32,000 nt of DNA from Megasphaera elsdenii DSM 20460 (GTDB taxonomy: Bacteria > Bacillota > Negativicutes > Veillonellales > Megasphaeraceae). The stretch is taken from assembly GCF_003010495.1 (NCBI RefSeq), contig NZ_CP027570.1:90001-122000 (forward strand), in the 5' to 3' direction. Below the pieces are notes generated by a model. It was not told the origin of the DNA and made no database searches. It was given only the letters and a program-made list of their open reading frames with translations. The position numbers and the translations under genes were made by a program. Below are positions 15,250-24,457 of this stretch, piece after piece (positions within the stretch are counted from its first letter, which is position 1; every line of letters begins with the position of its first letter).

Positions 15250-15278
15250 AGTGTAACATAACGGATTGACAATGTCAA
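15250..15278 (-). promoter_or_regulatory. Candidate csp promoter: -35 TTGACA, 17 nt, -10 TACACT.
   Basis: The minus strand reads TTGACATTGTCAATCCGTTATGTTACACT. The -35 is part of the palindrome ATTGACAATGTCAAT, which overlaps the folA stop. Confidence 0.45.
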
Positions 15279-15772
15279 TCGAAACGGCGGACATAGTGGA
15301 CGAAAGAAAAAGTATGGGGACACTGTCCATCGGCACGGTGCAATTCCCGCGTTTGTTCCGTCCAGGCGCTTCTATCCCAGTCCGGGAAAAAGGTGTCGGC
15401 GCCGTCGAAGGCTTCGTCGATTTCCGTCAGGTAGAGGCTGTCCGCCAGGGGCAGAAATTCCCGGTACATGGCAGCGCCGCCGATGACGAAGTAGTCTTCC
15501 CCATCGTTCATGGCCTGCTGCAGGGCTTCGACGCTATGGAAGACAGTGACCGCTTCATGGCGGACGTCATAATCTTTTTGATGGGTCAGGACCCAGTGCG
15601 GCCGGCCGGGCAAGACGCCGGGCAGGCTTTCAAAGGTCTTGCGTCCCATGATCATCGTATGGCCCATAGTGAGAGATTTAAAACGTTTTAAGTCAGCCGA
15701 AATATGGCACAAGAGGTCGTTATCCTTACCGATCCCGCCGCGCTTGTCGACGGCTGCAATGAGATGGAGCAT
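15275..15772 (-). CDS. folA: Dihydrofolate reductase.
   Basis: 165 aa, LIAAVDKRGGIGKDNDLLCHISADLKRFKSLTMGHTMIMGRKTFESL. Its start overlaps the thyA stop by 1 nt. Confidence 0.9.
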   Translation of the reverse strand: MLHLIAAVDKRGGIGKDNDLLCHISADLKRFKSLTMGHTMIMGRKTFESLPGVLPGRPHWVLTHQKDYDVRHEAVTVFHSVEALQQAMNDGEDYFVIGGAAMYREFLPLADSLYLTEIDEAFDGADTFFPDWDRSAWTEQTRELHRADGQCPHTFSFVHYVRRFD

Positions 15773-16563
15773 CAGACGGCCACCTCCATGGGCAATTTTC
15801 CCAGGTGCTGGTAGTTATCGAGGGCGATGTCGTCGATGGTGAAATCATAGAAATCATGGACATCGGGATCGAGGACCAGTTTCGGCGCCGGGAAAGCCTG
15901 ATCGCGGCGGGCCAGCTGGGTCTTCATGGCCTGGACGTGGTTCTCATAGACGTGGGCGTTGTTGATGACATGCGTGAACAGGCCCGGACGCAGGCCGACG
16001 GACTGGGCGATGAGATGGATGAGGACGGCGTACTGGGTCATGTTGAAGGGCACGCCCAGGCCCATGTCGCCGCTGCGCTGGATGAGCATGCAGTTCAGGC
16101 GCCCGTCGGTGACGTCCCACAAGGTCTGGTAGGCGCAGGGCTGGAGGGCCATGTCCGGCAGGTCTTCGATGTTCCACAGGGAAACGATCATGCGCCGGTT
16201 CTGGGGGTCCGTCTTCAGCATATCCAGGAGCTTGTCGACCTGTTTATACTTGCGGATCTGATAGCCATAGGCCTTGCCAATGGTGCCGTCGGGCCGCATC
16301 CATTCGTCCCAGACGTGGCAGTTCATCTTCTGCAGTTCCCGCACGTCGTTGCTCTGGAGCTGCCAGATCCAGAGGATTTCCTTGACGGCCGTCTTGAAGG
16401 CGACGAACTTCGTCGTCAAGATGGGAAATTCCTGTTCCAGATCGAACTGCATGATCTGGTGGGGCAGTTTATACGTCCGCACGCCCGTGCGGTTGTTGTC
16501 GAAATAGCCGTGGTCGAGGATATTTTCGACGATATTCAGATACTGTGTATCGGCAATACTCAT
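15772..16563 (-). CDS. thyA: Thymidylate synthase (ThyA type).
   Basis: Motifs RTGVRTY, WDEWM, IVSLWN and LQPCAY (catalytic Cys), plus DMGLGVPFN. The ATG at 16561..16563 lies 6 nt after GAGGTG, so I prefer it to the GTG at 16572. Confidence 0.9.
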   Translation of the reverse strand: MSIADTQYLNIVENILDHGYFDNNRTGVRTYKLPHQIMQFDLEQEFPILTTKFVAFKTAVKEILWIWQLQSNDVRELQKMNCHVWDEWMRPDGTIGKAYGYQIRKYKQVDKLLDMLKTDPQNRRMIVSLWNIEDLPDMALQPCAYQTLWDVTDGRLNCMLIQRSGDMGLGVPFNMTQYAVLIHLIAQSVGLRPGLFTHVINNAHVYENHVQAMKTQLARRDQAFPAPKLVLDPDVHDFYDFTIDDIALDNYQHLGKLPMEVAV

Positions 16564-16579
16564 GTATGTCACCTCAAAA

Positions 16580-18400
16580 TCAATGGTTATCTATGTAAGA
16601 CTGGATGGCGCCGACGAACTGGCGGCCATATTTGTGGAGCTTGAAGCTGCCTACGCCCTTGATCTGGCTCATGGCGTCCAGGCTGTCCGGCTTGAGGGCG
16701 GCCATGTCCCATAAGGTCGCATCGGAAAAGATGACGAACGGCGGGATGTGTTCGTCCTTGGCCAGTTCCAGGCGGACCGCCCGCAGCGTATCGAAAAGGG
16801 GCCGCAAGGCGTCTTCGTCGATGGCCCCGGCGCGGCGCTTCTGCTGGCGCTTGGGCAGTTCCGGCACGGGATCGGCGGCGACGACTTTCTGCTGGACAAT
16901 GCGCCGGCTGCCGCTGAGGGCCTGCCGCCCGTCCGCCGTCAGGGAGACGACGGGGTATTTGCCATCGGACTGGTCGAGATAGCCGTCGTCGATGCACTGG
17001 CGGACCATGTCGCGGACTTCGGACAGCGTGAAGTCGCCGAGCATGCCGAAGGCCGAGTTGTTCTCGAAGCCATAACGGCGGACCTTGGCGTTCTGGCTGC
17101 CCTTGAGGATGTCGCAGACCATGGTCATGCCGAAGCGGCCCTTCAATTCGTCGACGCAGAGGCAGATGCTGCGGACCTGTTCGGTCATGTCTTCTTCGAC
17201 CGTCTCCTGGTCACAGTTGCCGCATTTCTCGCAGCGCTGCCACGACGGATGCTCGCCGAAATAAGTCAGGATATAATGGCGCAGGCAGTGATTGCCTTCG
17301 CAGTAGCGGACCATGGCGTTGAGCAAGCGAAATTCGACGGCCTGCTGCTGCGGGTCGTGGACGGACTGCTCGATGAGGAACTTCTGGATCATGATGTCCT
17401 GGCGGCTGAAGAGGAGGATACATTCCCCCGGCGCGCCGTCGCGGCCGGCCCGGCCCGCTTCCTGGTAATAGCTTTCGATGTTCTTGGGCATCTGGTAGTG
17501 GATGACGTAGCGGACGTTGCTCTTGTCGATGCCCATGCCGAAGGCGTTGGTGGCGACGATGACCTGGAGCCGGTCGTAGGTGAAGGCGTCCTGCATGGTC
17601 CGGCGCACGTCGTCGCTCAGGCCGGCATGGTAGCGGCCGGCCCGGATGCCCCGCCGCGTCAGTTCTTCATAGACGCGGTCCACTTCCTTGCGCGTCGCCG
17701 CATAGATGATGCCGCTGTCTTCTTGATGCTGCTGGACGTAGGCCAGGGCAAAGTCGAGCTTTCGGTTCGTCCGGACGACGCGGAAATACAGGTTCGGCCG
17801 GTCGAAGCCGCCGATGAAGATGCGTTCCTTTTCCAGGCCCAGGAGGGTCATCATGTCCTCTTTGACCTTTTCCGTCGCCGTCGCCGTGAAGGCCCCGACG
17901 ACAGGCCGCCTGGGCAGGGCAACTATCCAGTCCTTGATGGCGCAGTAGCTGGGCCGGAAATCATGGCCCCACTGGGATACGCAGTGGGCTTCATCAATGA
18001 TGAACATGGAAATGGGCAGGCTCTGCATGAACGACGTAAAAAATTCATTCTCCAGACGTTCCGGTGAAATATAGACGAGCTTGACCCGGCCGGCGCGGAT
18101 GGCGGCAAAACGGGCCTTGGCTTCTTCAAAAGTACACTGGCTGTTGATATACGTCGCCGGTATCTCCTGGTTGACCAGGCTGTCGACCTGGTCCTTCATG
18201 AGGGAAATGAGCGGCGAAATGACCAGGGTCACGCCGGGCATCATCAAGGCCGGCAGCTGGAAGCAGATCGACTTCCCGGCCCCGGTCGGCATGATGGCCA
18301 GGCAGTCCCGTCCTTCGAGGAGGGTCTGGATGACCTCGTGCTGGCCCGGCCGGAACGACGTATAGCCAAAATATTGTTTTAAAAGAGATTCAAGTTCCAT
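16580..18400 (-). CDS. recQ: ATP-dependent DNA helicase RecQ.
   Basis: [34 protein letters not shown], the zinc-binding Cys cluster and a C-terminal HRDC-like region. The start is uncertain: ATG 18400 is preferred, with alternatives at 18409 and TTG 18442. Confidence 0.9.
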   Translation of the reverse strand: MELESLLKQYFGYTSFRPGQHEVIQTLLEGRDCLAIMPTGAGKSICFQLPALMMPGVTLVISPLISLMKDQVDSLVNQEIPATYINSQCTFEEAKARFAAIRAGRVKLVYISPERLENEFFTSFMQSLPISMFIIDEAHCVSQWGHDFRPSYCAIKDWIVALPRRPVVGAFTATATEKVKEDMMTLLGLEKERIFIGGFDRPNLYFRVVRTNRKLDFALAYVQQHQEDSGIIYAATRKEVDRVYEELTRRGIRAGRYHAGLSDDVRRTMQDAFTYDRLQVIVATNAFGMGIDKSNVRYVIHYQMPKNIESYYQEAGRAGRDGAPGECILLFSRQDIMIQKFLIEQSVHDPQQQAVEFRLLNAMVRYCEGNHCLRHYILTYFGEHPSWQRCEKCGNCDQETVEEDMTEQVRSICLCVDELKGRFGMTMVCDILKGSQNAKVRRYGFENNSAFGMLGDFTLSEVRDMVRQCIDDGYLDQSDGKYPVVSLTADGRQALSGSRRIVQQKVVAADPVPELPKRQQKRRAGAIDEDALRPLFDTLRAVRLELAKDEHIPPFVIFSDATLWDMAALKPDSLDAMSQIKGVGSFKLHKYGRQFVGAIQSYIDNH

Positions 18401-18440
18401 CAAAATCATCAACCCATTTACGAAAGCAAACTTAATGCTC

Positions 18441-18472
18441 AAAAAGGAGCTGTCGTAAGCGACAGCTCCTTT
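18441..18472 (-). terminator. Intrinsic terminator after aminotransferase 1.
   Basis: AAGGAGCTGTCG-TAAG-CGACAGCTCCTT is a perfect 12-bp stem, with a T-tract on the minus strand. Confidence 0.8.
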
Positions 18473-18491
18473 ATATCATATCATCTTTACC

Positions 18492-19679
18492 TTATTTTGC
18501 CAATTCTTCTTTCAAGACGTCGGCCAGGCGTTTGATGCCTTCGACGATGCGGTCTTCCGGCATGTTGGAGTAGTTCAGGCGGAAGTGGTTGGCATGGCCG
18601 CCGTGGGGGTAGAAAGGCCCGCCTGGCACGTAGGCAACGTTCTTGGCCAGGACTTTCGGCATGAGCTCTTTGGCGTCCATGCCTTCTGGCAGCGTTACCC
18701 ACGTGAACAGACCGCCTTCAGGGTATGTAAAGGTGATGCCTTCAGGGAAATATTGCTTCATCGATTCGCACATGAGGTCGCGGCGTTTCTTGTAGAGGGC
18801 CTTGATCTTAGCGACGTGTTCATCGAGGTCGAACATGTCGATATAGTACGACGTCTGGCGCTGGCCGAAGGACGAAGCCTGGAGGTCGACGGCTTGTTTC
18901 AGCTTGACGACTTTGTCGATGATGACCGGATCGGCTACCATCCAGGCAATTCGCAGGCCCGGCATGAGAATCTTCGAGAACGAGCCGAGGAAGATGATGT
19001 TACCTTTCGTATCCATCGATTTCAGGGACGGGACCTTGTCGCCGTCATAGCGCAGTTCGCCATACGGGTCATCTTCGAGGACCGGGAAGTCATAGCGGTT
19101 GACGATGTCCATGAAAGCCTTGCGCCGTTCGACGGGCCAGGTAATACCTGTCGGGTTCTGAAATTCCGGGATGACGTACATCATGCGGACGCGGTCGCCG
19201 TATTTTGCCAGGATTTTTTCCAATTCTTCCGGGATGACGCCCTTTTCGTCCGTCGGCACTTCGACAAATTCCGGTTTGCAGAGTTTGAAGGCGTTGATGG
19301 CGCCGAGGTAGGTCGGGCTTTCGACGAGGACGACGTCGCCCGGGTTAATGAAGATCTGGGCCAGCATGGACAGGCCCTGCTGGGACCCAGACGTAATGGT
19401 GATGTTATCGATATTGCAGTCGACCATGAAAGCCTGTTTCATGCGGGCTGCAATCTGCTTGCGCAAGGGATCGTAGCCTTCGGTCGTGCCGTATTGCAAG
19501 GCTGCACGGCCATCTTTGGTCAAGATGGCATCGTCGACCTTTTTCAGTTGTTCCGTCGGGAAGAGTTCCGGTGCCGGCAGGCCGCCAGCAAAGGAAATAA
19601 CTTCCGGCATGGTCGTCAGTTTCAAGAGTTCACGGATTTCAGAAGCTTTCAAATTCATGGCTAAATCGGAAAATTGCAT
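18492..19679 (-). CDS. PLP-dependent aminotransferase, class I/II (ARO8/LysN-like), paralog 1.
   Basis: 395 aa with GGLPAPELFP, NPTG and SFSKILMPGLRIAW (PLP lysine). The ATG at 19679 lies 8 nt after AAGGAG. Confidence 0.85.
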   Translation of the reverse strand: MQFSDLAMNLKASEIRELLKLTTMPEVISFAGGLPAPELFPTEQLKKVDDAILTKDGRAALQYGTTEGYDPLRKQIAARMKQAFMVDCNIDNITITSGSQQGLSMLAQIFINPGDVVLVESPTYLGAINAFKLCKPEFVEVPTDEKGVIPEELEKILAKYGDRVRMMYVIPEFQNPTGITWPVERRKAFMDIVNRYDFPVLEDDPYGELRYDGDKVPSLKSMDTKGNIIFLGSFSKILMPGLRIAWMVADPVIIDKVVKLKQAVDLQASSFGQRQTSYYIDMFDLDEHVAKIKALYKKRRDLMCESMKQYFPEGITFTYPEGGLFTWVTLPEGMDAKELMPKVLAKNVAYVPGGPFYPHGGHANHFRLNYSNMPEDRIVEGIKRLADVLKEELAK

Positions 19680-19728
19680 ATCAATCACTCCTTCAAGTTA
19701 TATGAATCACGCGTTTATCTATGTCTAT

Positions 19729-19757
19729 ATAGTATCATCAAAATTACTTTTATGCAA
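19729..19757 (-). promoter_or_regulatory. Candidate promoter for aminotransferase 1: -35 TTGCAT, 17 nt, -10 TACTAT.
   Basis: Read on the minus strand in the AT-rich spacer between the two paralogs. Confidence 0.4.
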
Positions 19758-19894
19758 TTAAACGTTTGCGTTATCATTATGTTACATTTCGTACAAGCTT
19801 ATAAATCAAATGTAAATAACGAGAATAACTGATAATGATAAATATCCAACTTAAAAAAAATTAAAGAATGACTGTAAAAATTTTTTAAAAAAAT

Positions 19895-19930
19895 TTGCAA
19901 AAGAAAAGACGCCCTCGCGAGAGAGCGTCT
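19895..19930 (-). terminator. Intrinsic terminator after aminotransferase 2.
   Basis: AGACGCCCTC-GCGA-GAGAGCGTCT is a hairpin with one mismatch. It is followed on the minus strand by TTTTCTTTTG. Confidence 0.7.
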
Positions 19931-19949
19931 CATTTCCTTTTATTTTAAA

Positions 19950-21140
19950 TTATTTGCCGATTTTTTCTTTCAAAACTTCAGCCAGGCGTTTAATACCTTC
20001 GACGATGCGGTCTTCCGGCATGTTGGAGTAGTTCAGGCGGAAATGGTTGGCGTTGCCGCCGTTCGGGTAGAAAGCACCGCCCGGTACGTAAGCAACTTTC
20101 TTTTCGATGACTTCCGGCATCATAGCCTTGGCATCGAGGCCTTCCGGCAAGGTTACCCACGTGAACAGGCCGCCTTCCGGATAGGTGAAGGAAACGCCTT
20201 CGGGGAAGTATTTCTTCATGGAGTCGTACATGAGGGTGCGGCGTTTCCCATAGAGGTCGCGGATCTGTTTAACATGGGCATCGAGGTCGTACATATCGAT
20301 GTAGTACGAAGCCTGGCGCTGGGCAAAGGACGACGTCTGCAAGTCGACGGTCTGCTTGAGCATGACGGCCTTTTCCAGGATGTCATGGGCAGCGACCATC
20401 CAGCCGATACGGAGGCCCGGCATGAAGATTTTCGAGAACGAGCCGAGGAAGATGACATTGCCCTGGGTATCGAGGGATTTCAACGTCGGCATCGTTTCGC
20501 CTTCATAGCGGAGTTCGCCATACGGGTCGTCTTCGATGATAGGGATATCATGTTTATTCATGATGTCCATAATAGCCTGGCGCCGTTCCAAGGGCCAGGT
20601 GATGCCCGTCGGGTTCTGGAATTCCGGGATGACATACATCAGGCGGACGCGGTCACCGTATTTTTCGATAGCGGCTTCCAAGGCTTCCGGAACCATGCCT
20701 TTGTCGTCCGTTTCGACTTCGACGAACTGCGGGAAATTGACAGCGAAAGCCGTCGTAGCGCCCATGTAGGTCGGGCTTTCGACGAGGACAATGTCGCCTT
20801 CGTTGAGGAAGAGCTGGCCCAAGAGGGACAGGCCCTGCTGGGAACCGGCGGTGATGATGATATCTTCATAAGTGCAGTCCGTATGGAAAGAGGTTTTCAT
20901 GCGTTTGGCAATCTGTTTACGCAAGGGCACATAACCTTCCGTCGTGCTGTACTGCACGGCCTGACGACCTTCTTTTTTCAAGATTTCCACGTCGACTTTC
21001 ATCATTTCGTCAATCGGGAAGAGTTCCGGTGCAGGAAGGCCACCGGCGAAGGAAATAATTTCCGGATTTTCCGTTACTTTCAAAATTTCACGGATATCCG
21101 ATGCATGTAAACTCTTTGCTTCTTCAGAAAACTTTACCAT
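19950..21140 (-). CDS. PLP-dependent aminotransferase, class I/II (ARO8/LysN-like), paralog 2.
   Basis: 396 aa, colinear with paralog 1 and carrying the same motifs (SFSKIFMPGLRIGW). An AGGAGTG SD is present. Confidence 0.85.
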   Translation of the reverse strand: MVKFSEEAKSLHASDIREILKVTENPEIISFAGGLPAPELFPIDEMMKVDVEILKKEGRQAVQYSTTEGYVPLRKQIAKRMKTSFHTDCTYEDIIITAGSQQGLSLLGQLFLNEGDIVLVESPTYMGATTAFAVNFPQFVEVETDDKGMVPEALEAAIEKYGDRVRLMYVIPEFQNPTGITWPLERRQAIMDIMNKHDIPIIEDDPYGELRYEGETMPTLKSLDTQGNVIFLGSFSKIFMPGLRIGWMVAAHDILEKAVMLKQTVDLQTSSFAQRQASYYIDMYDLDAHVKQIRDLYGKRRTLMYDSMKKYFPEGVSFTYPEGGLFTWVTLPEGLDAKAMMPEVIEKKVAYVPGGAFYPNGGNANHFRLNYSNMPEDRIVEGIKRLAEVLKEKIGK

Positions 21141-21216
21141 AAAACTTCACTCCTATCTGTTCTCTTTCTTTTATGGCTTTTATACGGCGTAGCAAACATT
21201 CGTCGTAGTAATGATT

Positions 21217-21225
21217 ATTATACCA
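21217..21225 (-). promoter_or_regulatory. Candidate extended -10 (TGGTATAAT) for aminotransferase 2.
   Basis: The minus strand reads CGTATCGTGGTATAAT about 75 nt upstream of the ATG. Confidence 0.4.
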
Positions 21226-21264
21226 CGATACGGCCCATTAATCTACAAATTTTATGGAAATAGC

Positions 21265-21301
21265 AAAAAAAGGTGCTGTCTCATGAAGACAGCGCCTTTT
21301 T
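21265..21301 (-). terminator. Intrinsic terminator ending the rimP...ribF cluster. It is symmetric, with A/T flanks.
   Basis: AAAAAAAGGTGCTGTCTCATGAAGACAGCGCCTTTTT has an 11-bp stem. Confidence 0.8.
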
Positions 21302-21325
21302 AAGTTTGAAGTTTTAAGTTTAACG

Positions 21326-22255
21326 TTAAACCTTTGCAAAGAACCGGCGCGTGGCGGCTTCGTCTTTCTTCATCTGGGCGACGAGGTCGTCGGCGCTGGC
21401 AAAGGTTTCTTCACCGCGGAGGCGCTTTCGGAAGCGCAGGCTCACTTCTTTGCCGTAGAGGTCGGCATCCCAGTCGAGGACGTGAGTCTCGATGCGGCGG
21501 TACTGGTTCTCGAAGGTCGGGTTATCGCCGATATTGGTCATGGCCGGGTGGCCTTCGCCGTCCCACCACAATTCCGTAATGTAGACGCCATCCGGAGGGA
21601 TGGCCATGTTGATGGGGATGAGCATGTTGGCCGTAGCGAAGCCGATGGTCCTCCCCCGCCGGTCGCCGGGCACGATGGTACCGGTCAGGGCGAAAGGCCG
21701 GCCTAAGAGGTTCTCTGCTGTTTCCATGTGGCCCATCTGGATGAGCCGGCGGATGACGGTGCTGCTGATAGGCGTCGTCCGGCCCGGCCGTTCCAGCAGG
21801 GTCAGGGCGACGACGGGGATGTCATACTGGCTCATGAAGAACTTCATGGTCTCCGTATTGCCAGCCGCCTTGGCACCATAAGTGAAATTCGAACCGACGA
21901 CGATAGCCGACGGATGGATATAGGTCAACAGGTTCTGGCAGAACTCTTCCGGCGATTCCTGCAAGAGGTGTTCGCTCATGGGCAGCAGGACCAGGCCGTC
22001 GATGCCGACGGCTTCGATATATTCCGCCTTCTGGCCGATCGTGGCCAGGCGCAGCGGTTCCTTATCCGGGCACAGTACCGACAGCGGATGGGCCGTAAAG
22101 GTGACGACCATGGTCTTCACACCGCAGGCAGCGGCCCGTTTGATAGCCGTCTTCATGACCATCTGGTGGCCCCGGTGGACGCCGTCAAAGGTCCCAAGGG
22201 CCACGACGGCTCCGGTAAAGCCGGTGATTTCCTGAAAGGAGTGGAATATTTCCAT
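21326..22255 (-). CDS. ribF: Bifunctional riboflavin kinase / FMN adenylyltransferase.
   Basis: 309 aa with ALGTFDGVHRGHQ, and GRTIGFATAN in the kinase half. Confidence 0.9.
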   Translation of the reverse strand: MEIFHSFQEITGFTGAVVALGTFDGVHRGHQMVMKTAIKRAAACGVKTMVVTFTAHPLSVLCPDKEPLRLATIGQKAEYIEAVGIDGLVLLPMSEHLLQESPEEFCQNLLTYIHPSAIVVGSNFTYGAKAAGNTETMKFFMSQYDIPVVALTLLERPGRTTPISSTVIRRLIQMGHMETAENLLGRPFALTGTIVPGDRRGRTIGFATANMLIPINMAIPPDGVYITELWWDGEGHPAMTNIGDNPTFENQYRRIETHVLDWDADLYGKEVSLRFRKRLRGEETFASADDLVAQMKKDEAATRRFFAKV

Positions 22256-22266
22256 CGTTAGTTACC

Positions 22267-23148
22267 TCACAATCCCTCTGCGAACATCTTATGAGGCCGC
22301 AGGATATGGTGTTCCCCGTCGTAGCGGGCAATGCCCATGAGCCGCTGGTCCGGTCCATAGACGCGAAGGACATCGCCGTCTGCCAGGTGCGGCCCGGCAA
22401 ACGGCACGGGACGGCCCTGGAGCAGGAACGCACACTGTTTGGCCGAACAGCTGGCCTTCTTCAGGTCCTGGATGGCCATATCGGCCGGCCGGACATAGGC
22501 CATGGGGTCCCGTTCCAGTTCTTCCAGCGTCGCGGCCTCGTCGATGGTGAACAGCCCGGCCTGGGTGCGGACCAGATAGGTCATGCAGGCGCAGGTCCCC
22601 AGGGCCTGGCCCAGGTCGCGGATGAGGGACCGCACATAAGTCCCTTTGGAACAGGTCACGGCAAAGGTCCCCCGCCGGCCGTCGAAGGACAGCAGGCGCA
22701 GGTCGTGGATGGTCACGTGCCGCACGGGCAGGGTGAAGTCGACATCCTGCCGGGCCAGTTTATAGGCTTTGACGCCGTTGACGTTGATGGCGGAATATTT
22801 AGACGGCGCCTGTTCGATGTCGCCTGTAAAAGACGCCAAGATACGGCGCACGTCATCAGCCGACAAATCCGGCACGGCAGCCATTTCGACGACGGTCCCC
22901 GTACTGTCTTCGGTATCCGTCGCCAGGCCCAGGGCAAATTCGGCGTGATACGACTTGACGTCGCTGTCGCCGTATTCGATGAGGCGCGTCGCCTGTCCGG
23001 CATAGACGGGCAGGACGCCGGCCGCCAGGGGATCCAGCGTACCGGCATGGCCCATCTTCTTCATGCCGTAGATGCGGCGCAGGCAGCCGATGACGTCGTG
23101 GCTGGACATGCCCGTCGGTTTCAGTACATTGATGATTCCGTGTATCAT
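22267..23148 (-). CDS. truB: tRNA pseudouridine(55) synthase.
   Basis: GIINVLKPTGMSSHDV and GHAGTLDPLAAGVLPV (catalytic Asp), with a PUA-like C-terminus. Confidence 0.9.
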   Translation of the reverse strand: MIHGIINVLKPTGMSSHDVIGCLRRIYGMKKMGHAGTLDPLAAGVLPVYAGQATRLIEYGDSDVKSYHAEFALGLATDTEDSTGTVVEMAAVPDLSADDVRRILASFTGDIEQAPSKYSAINVNGVKAYKLARQDVDFTLPVRHVTIHDLRLLSFDGRRGTFAVTCSKGTYVRSLIRDLGQALGTCACMTYLVRTQAGLFTIDEAATLEELERDPMAYVRPADMAIQDLKKASCSAKQCAFLLQGRPVPFAGPHLADGDVLRVYGPDQRLMGIARYDGEHHILRPHKMFAEGL

Positions 23149-24089
23149 AAGCGCTTTTCGATTTCCTTTACGATGAGTTTCTTCGCTTCATCCAGCGGCT
23201 TATCCAGGGTGCAGCCGGCAGCGCGGACATGGCCGCCACCACCGAAGACAGCGGCTACGGCATTGACGTCCATGCCTTTCGAGCGCAGGCTGACCCGCGT
23301 TTCCTTGTCGCTGACGTATTTGACCGTAAAGGCCACTTCCGACCCTTTGACGTTGCGGGCGTAATCCATGTACATCCCCGTGTGTTCACCAGTGATTTTG
23401 AGGACTTCCGGCGTATAGGACAGACAGGAAATGCGGCCGTCGTCAAAGAGTTCCAGGTGTTCCAGGACCTTGGACAGGGCCTTCAGCTTTTCCAGGGACC
23501 GGGCGTCGAGGTGTTCCGAAATGAAATCGGGCCGGGCGCCGTGGTCGACGAGGATAGCGGCCATGCGCAGCGTATGGCCTGTCGTATTGTTGAACTTGAA
23601 GAAGCCGCAGTCCGTGGCGATGGCCGTATAGAGGGCATCGGCCATGGCCGTGTTCCATTCACTGTGCCAGAGGTCGAAGAGATAGGTCAGGATTTCCCCC
23701 GTCGCCGCGCAGTCGGTCCGGACGTATTCCCACTGGGCGAAGTGCTCATTGGAAATATGGTGGTCGATGTTGAGGACCTTGCCGCGGACCAGGCTTTCCA
23801 CCTGGCCGATGCGGCCGAGGCCCGTCGCATCGAGGACGACGGTCAGCCAGGAATCATCCGTTTCGACCTGGTCCGGCTTGTTGATGTACTGCAGGCCGTC
23901 GAGGAAGTCATAGCGGTCGTCGATATCGTCGTCGATGACCATGACGGCCTTCTTCCCCTGCAGCTGCAGCCAGTGCCATAAGGCCAGGAGGCTGCCGATG
24001 GCGTCGCCATCGGGACTGACATGGGCCGTCAGCAGGATCTTATCATAATGGCGCAGTAAGGTATAGATTTCCTGAGCCGAACAATTCAT
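23145..24089 (-). CDS. nrnA: DHH/DHHA1 phosphoesterase (NrnA-type oligoribonuclease / pAp phosphatase).
   Basis: HVSPDGDAIGS, NIDHH and GGGGHVRAAG motifs. It overlaps truB by 4 nt. Confidence 0.8.
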   Translation of the reverse strand: MNCSAQEIYTLLRHYDKILLTAHVSPDGDAIGSLLALWHWLQLQGKKAVMVIDDDIDDRYDFLDGLQYINKPDQVETDDSWLTVVLDATGLGRIGQVESLVRGKVLNIDHHISNEHFAQWEYVRTDCAATGEILTYLFDLWHSEWNTAMADALYTAIATDCGFFKFNNTTGHTLRMAAILVDHGARPDFISEHLDARSLEKLKALSKVLEHLELFDDGRISCLSYTPEVLKITGEHTGMYMDYARNVKGSEVAFTVKYVSDKETRVSLRSKGMDVNAVAAVFGGGGHVRAAGCTLDKPLDEAKKLIVKEIEKRL

Positions 24090-24094
24090 GGATA

Positions 24095-24442
24095 TCAGTC
24101 CTTCTTTTCAATGTCGCGAAGAATTTTATCGATTTTCATCCCGTAATCGAGGGACGTATCTTCTTTAAACACAATGGTCGGCGAATAACGGATGCCCAGG
24201 CGCTTGCCGACTTCTGTGCGGATATAGCCGGTGGCGCGCTTCAGGGCCTTCAGCGTTTCCTGCTTGGCTTCGTCGCTGCCGAAGAGGCTGACGTAGACCG
24301 TGGCATCGCGCAGGTCGCCGGTGATGCGGGCATCGGTGACGGTGACGAAACCGATGCGCGGATCCTTCAATTCATTCAGGAGCATCTTCGATACTTCCTG
24401 TTTGATAAATTCCTGTATCTTGCGTACTCGTAATTCTCCCAT
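24095..24442 (-). CDS. rbfA: Ribosome-binding factor A.
   Basis: 115 aa with LKDPRIGFVTVTDARITGDLRDATVYVS, and in the conserved position after infB. Confidence 0.9.
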   Translation of the reverse strand: MGELRVRKIQEFIKQEVSKMLLNELKDPRIGFVTVTDARITGDLRDATVYVSLFGSDEAKQETLKALKRATGYIRTEVGKRLGIRYSPTIVFKEDTSLDYGMKIDKILRDIEKKD

Positions 24443-24457
24443 AGTACGTACTCTCCT

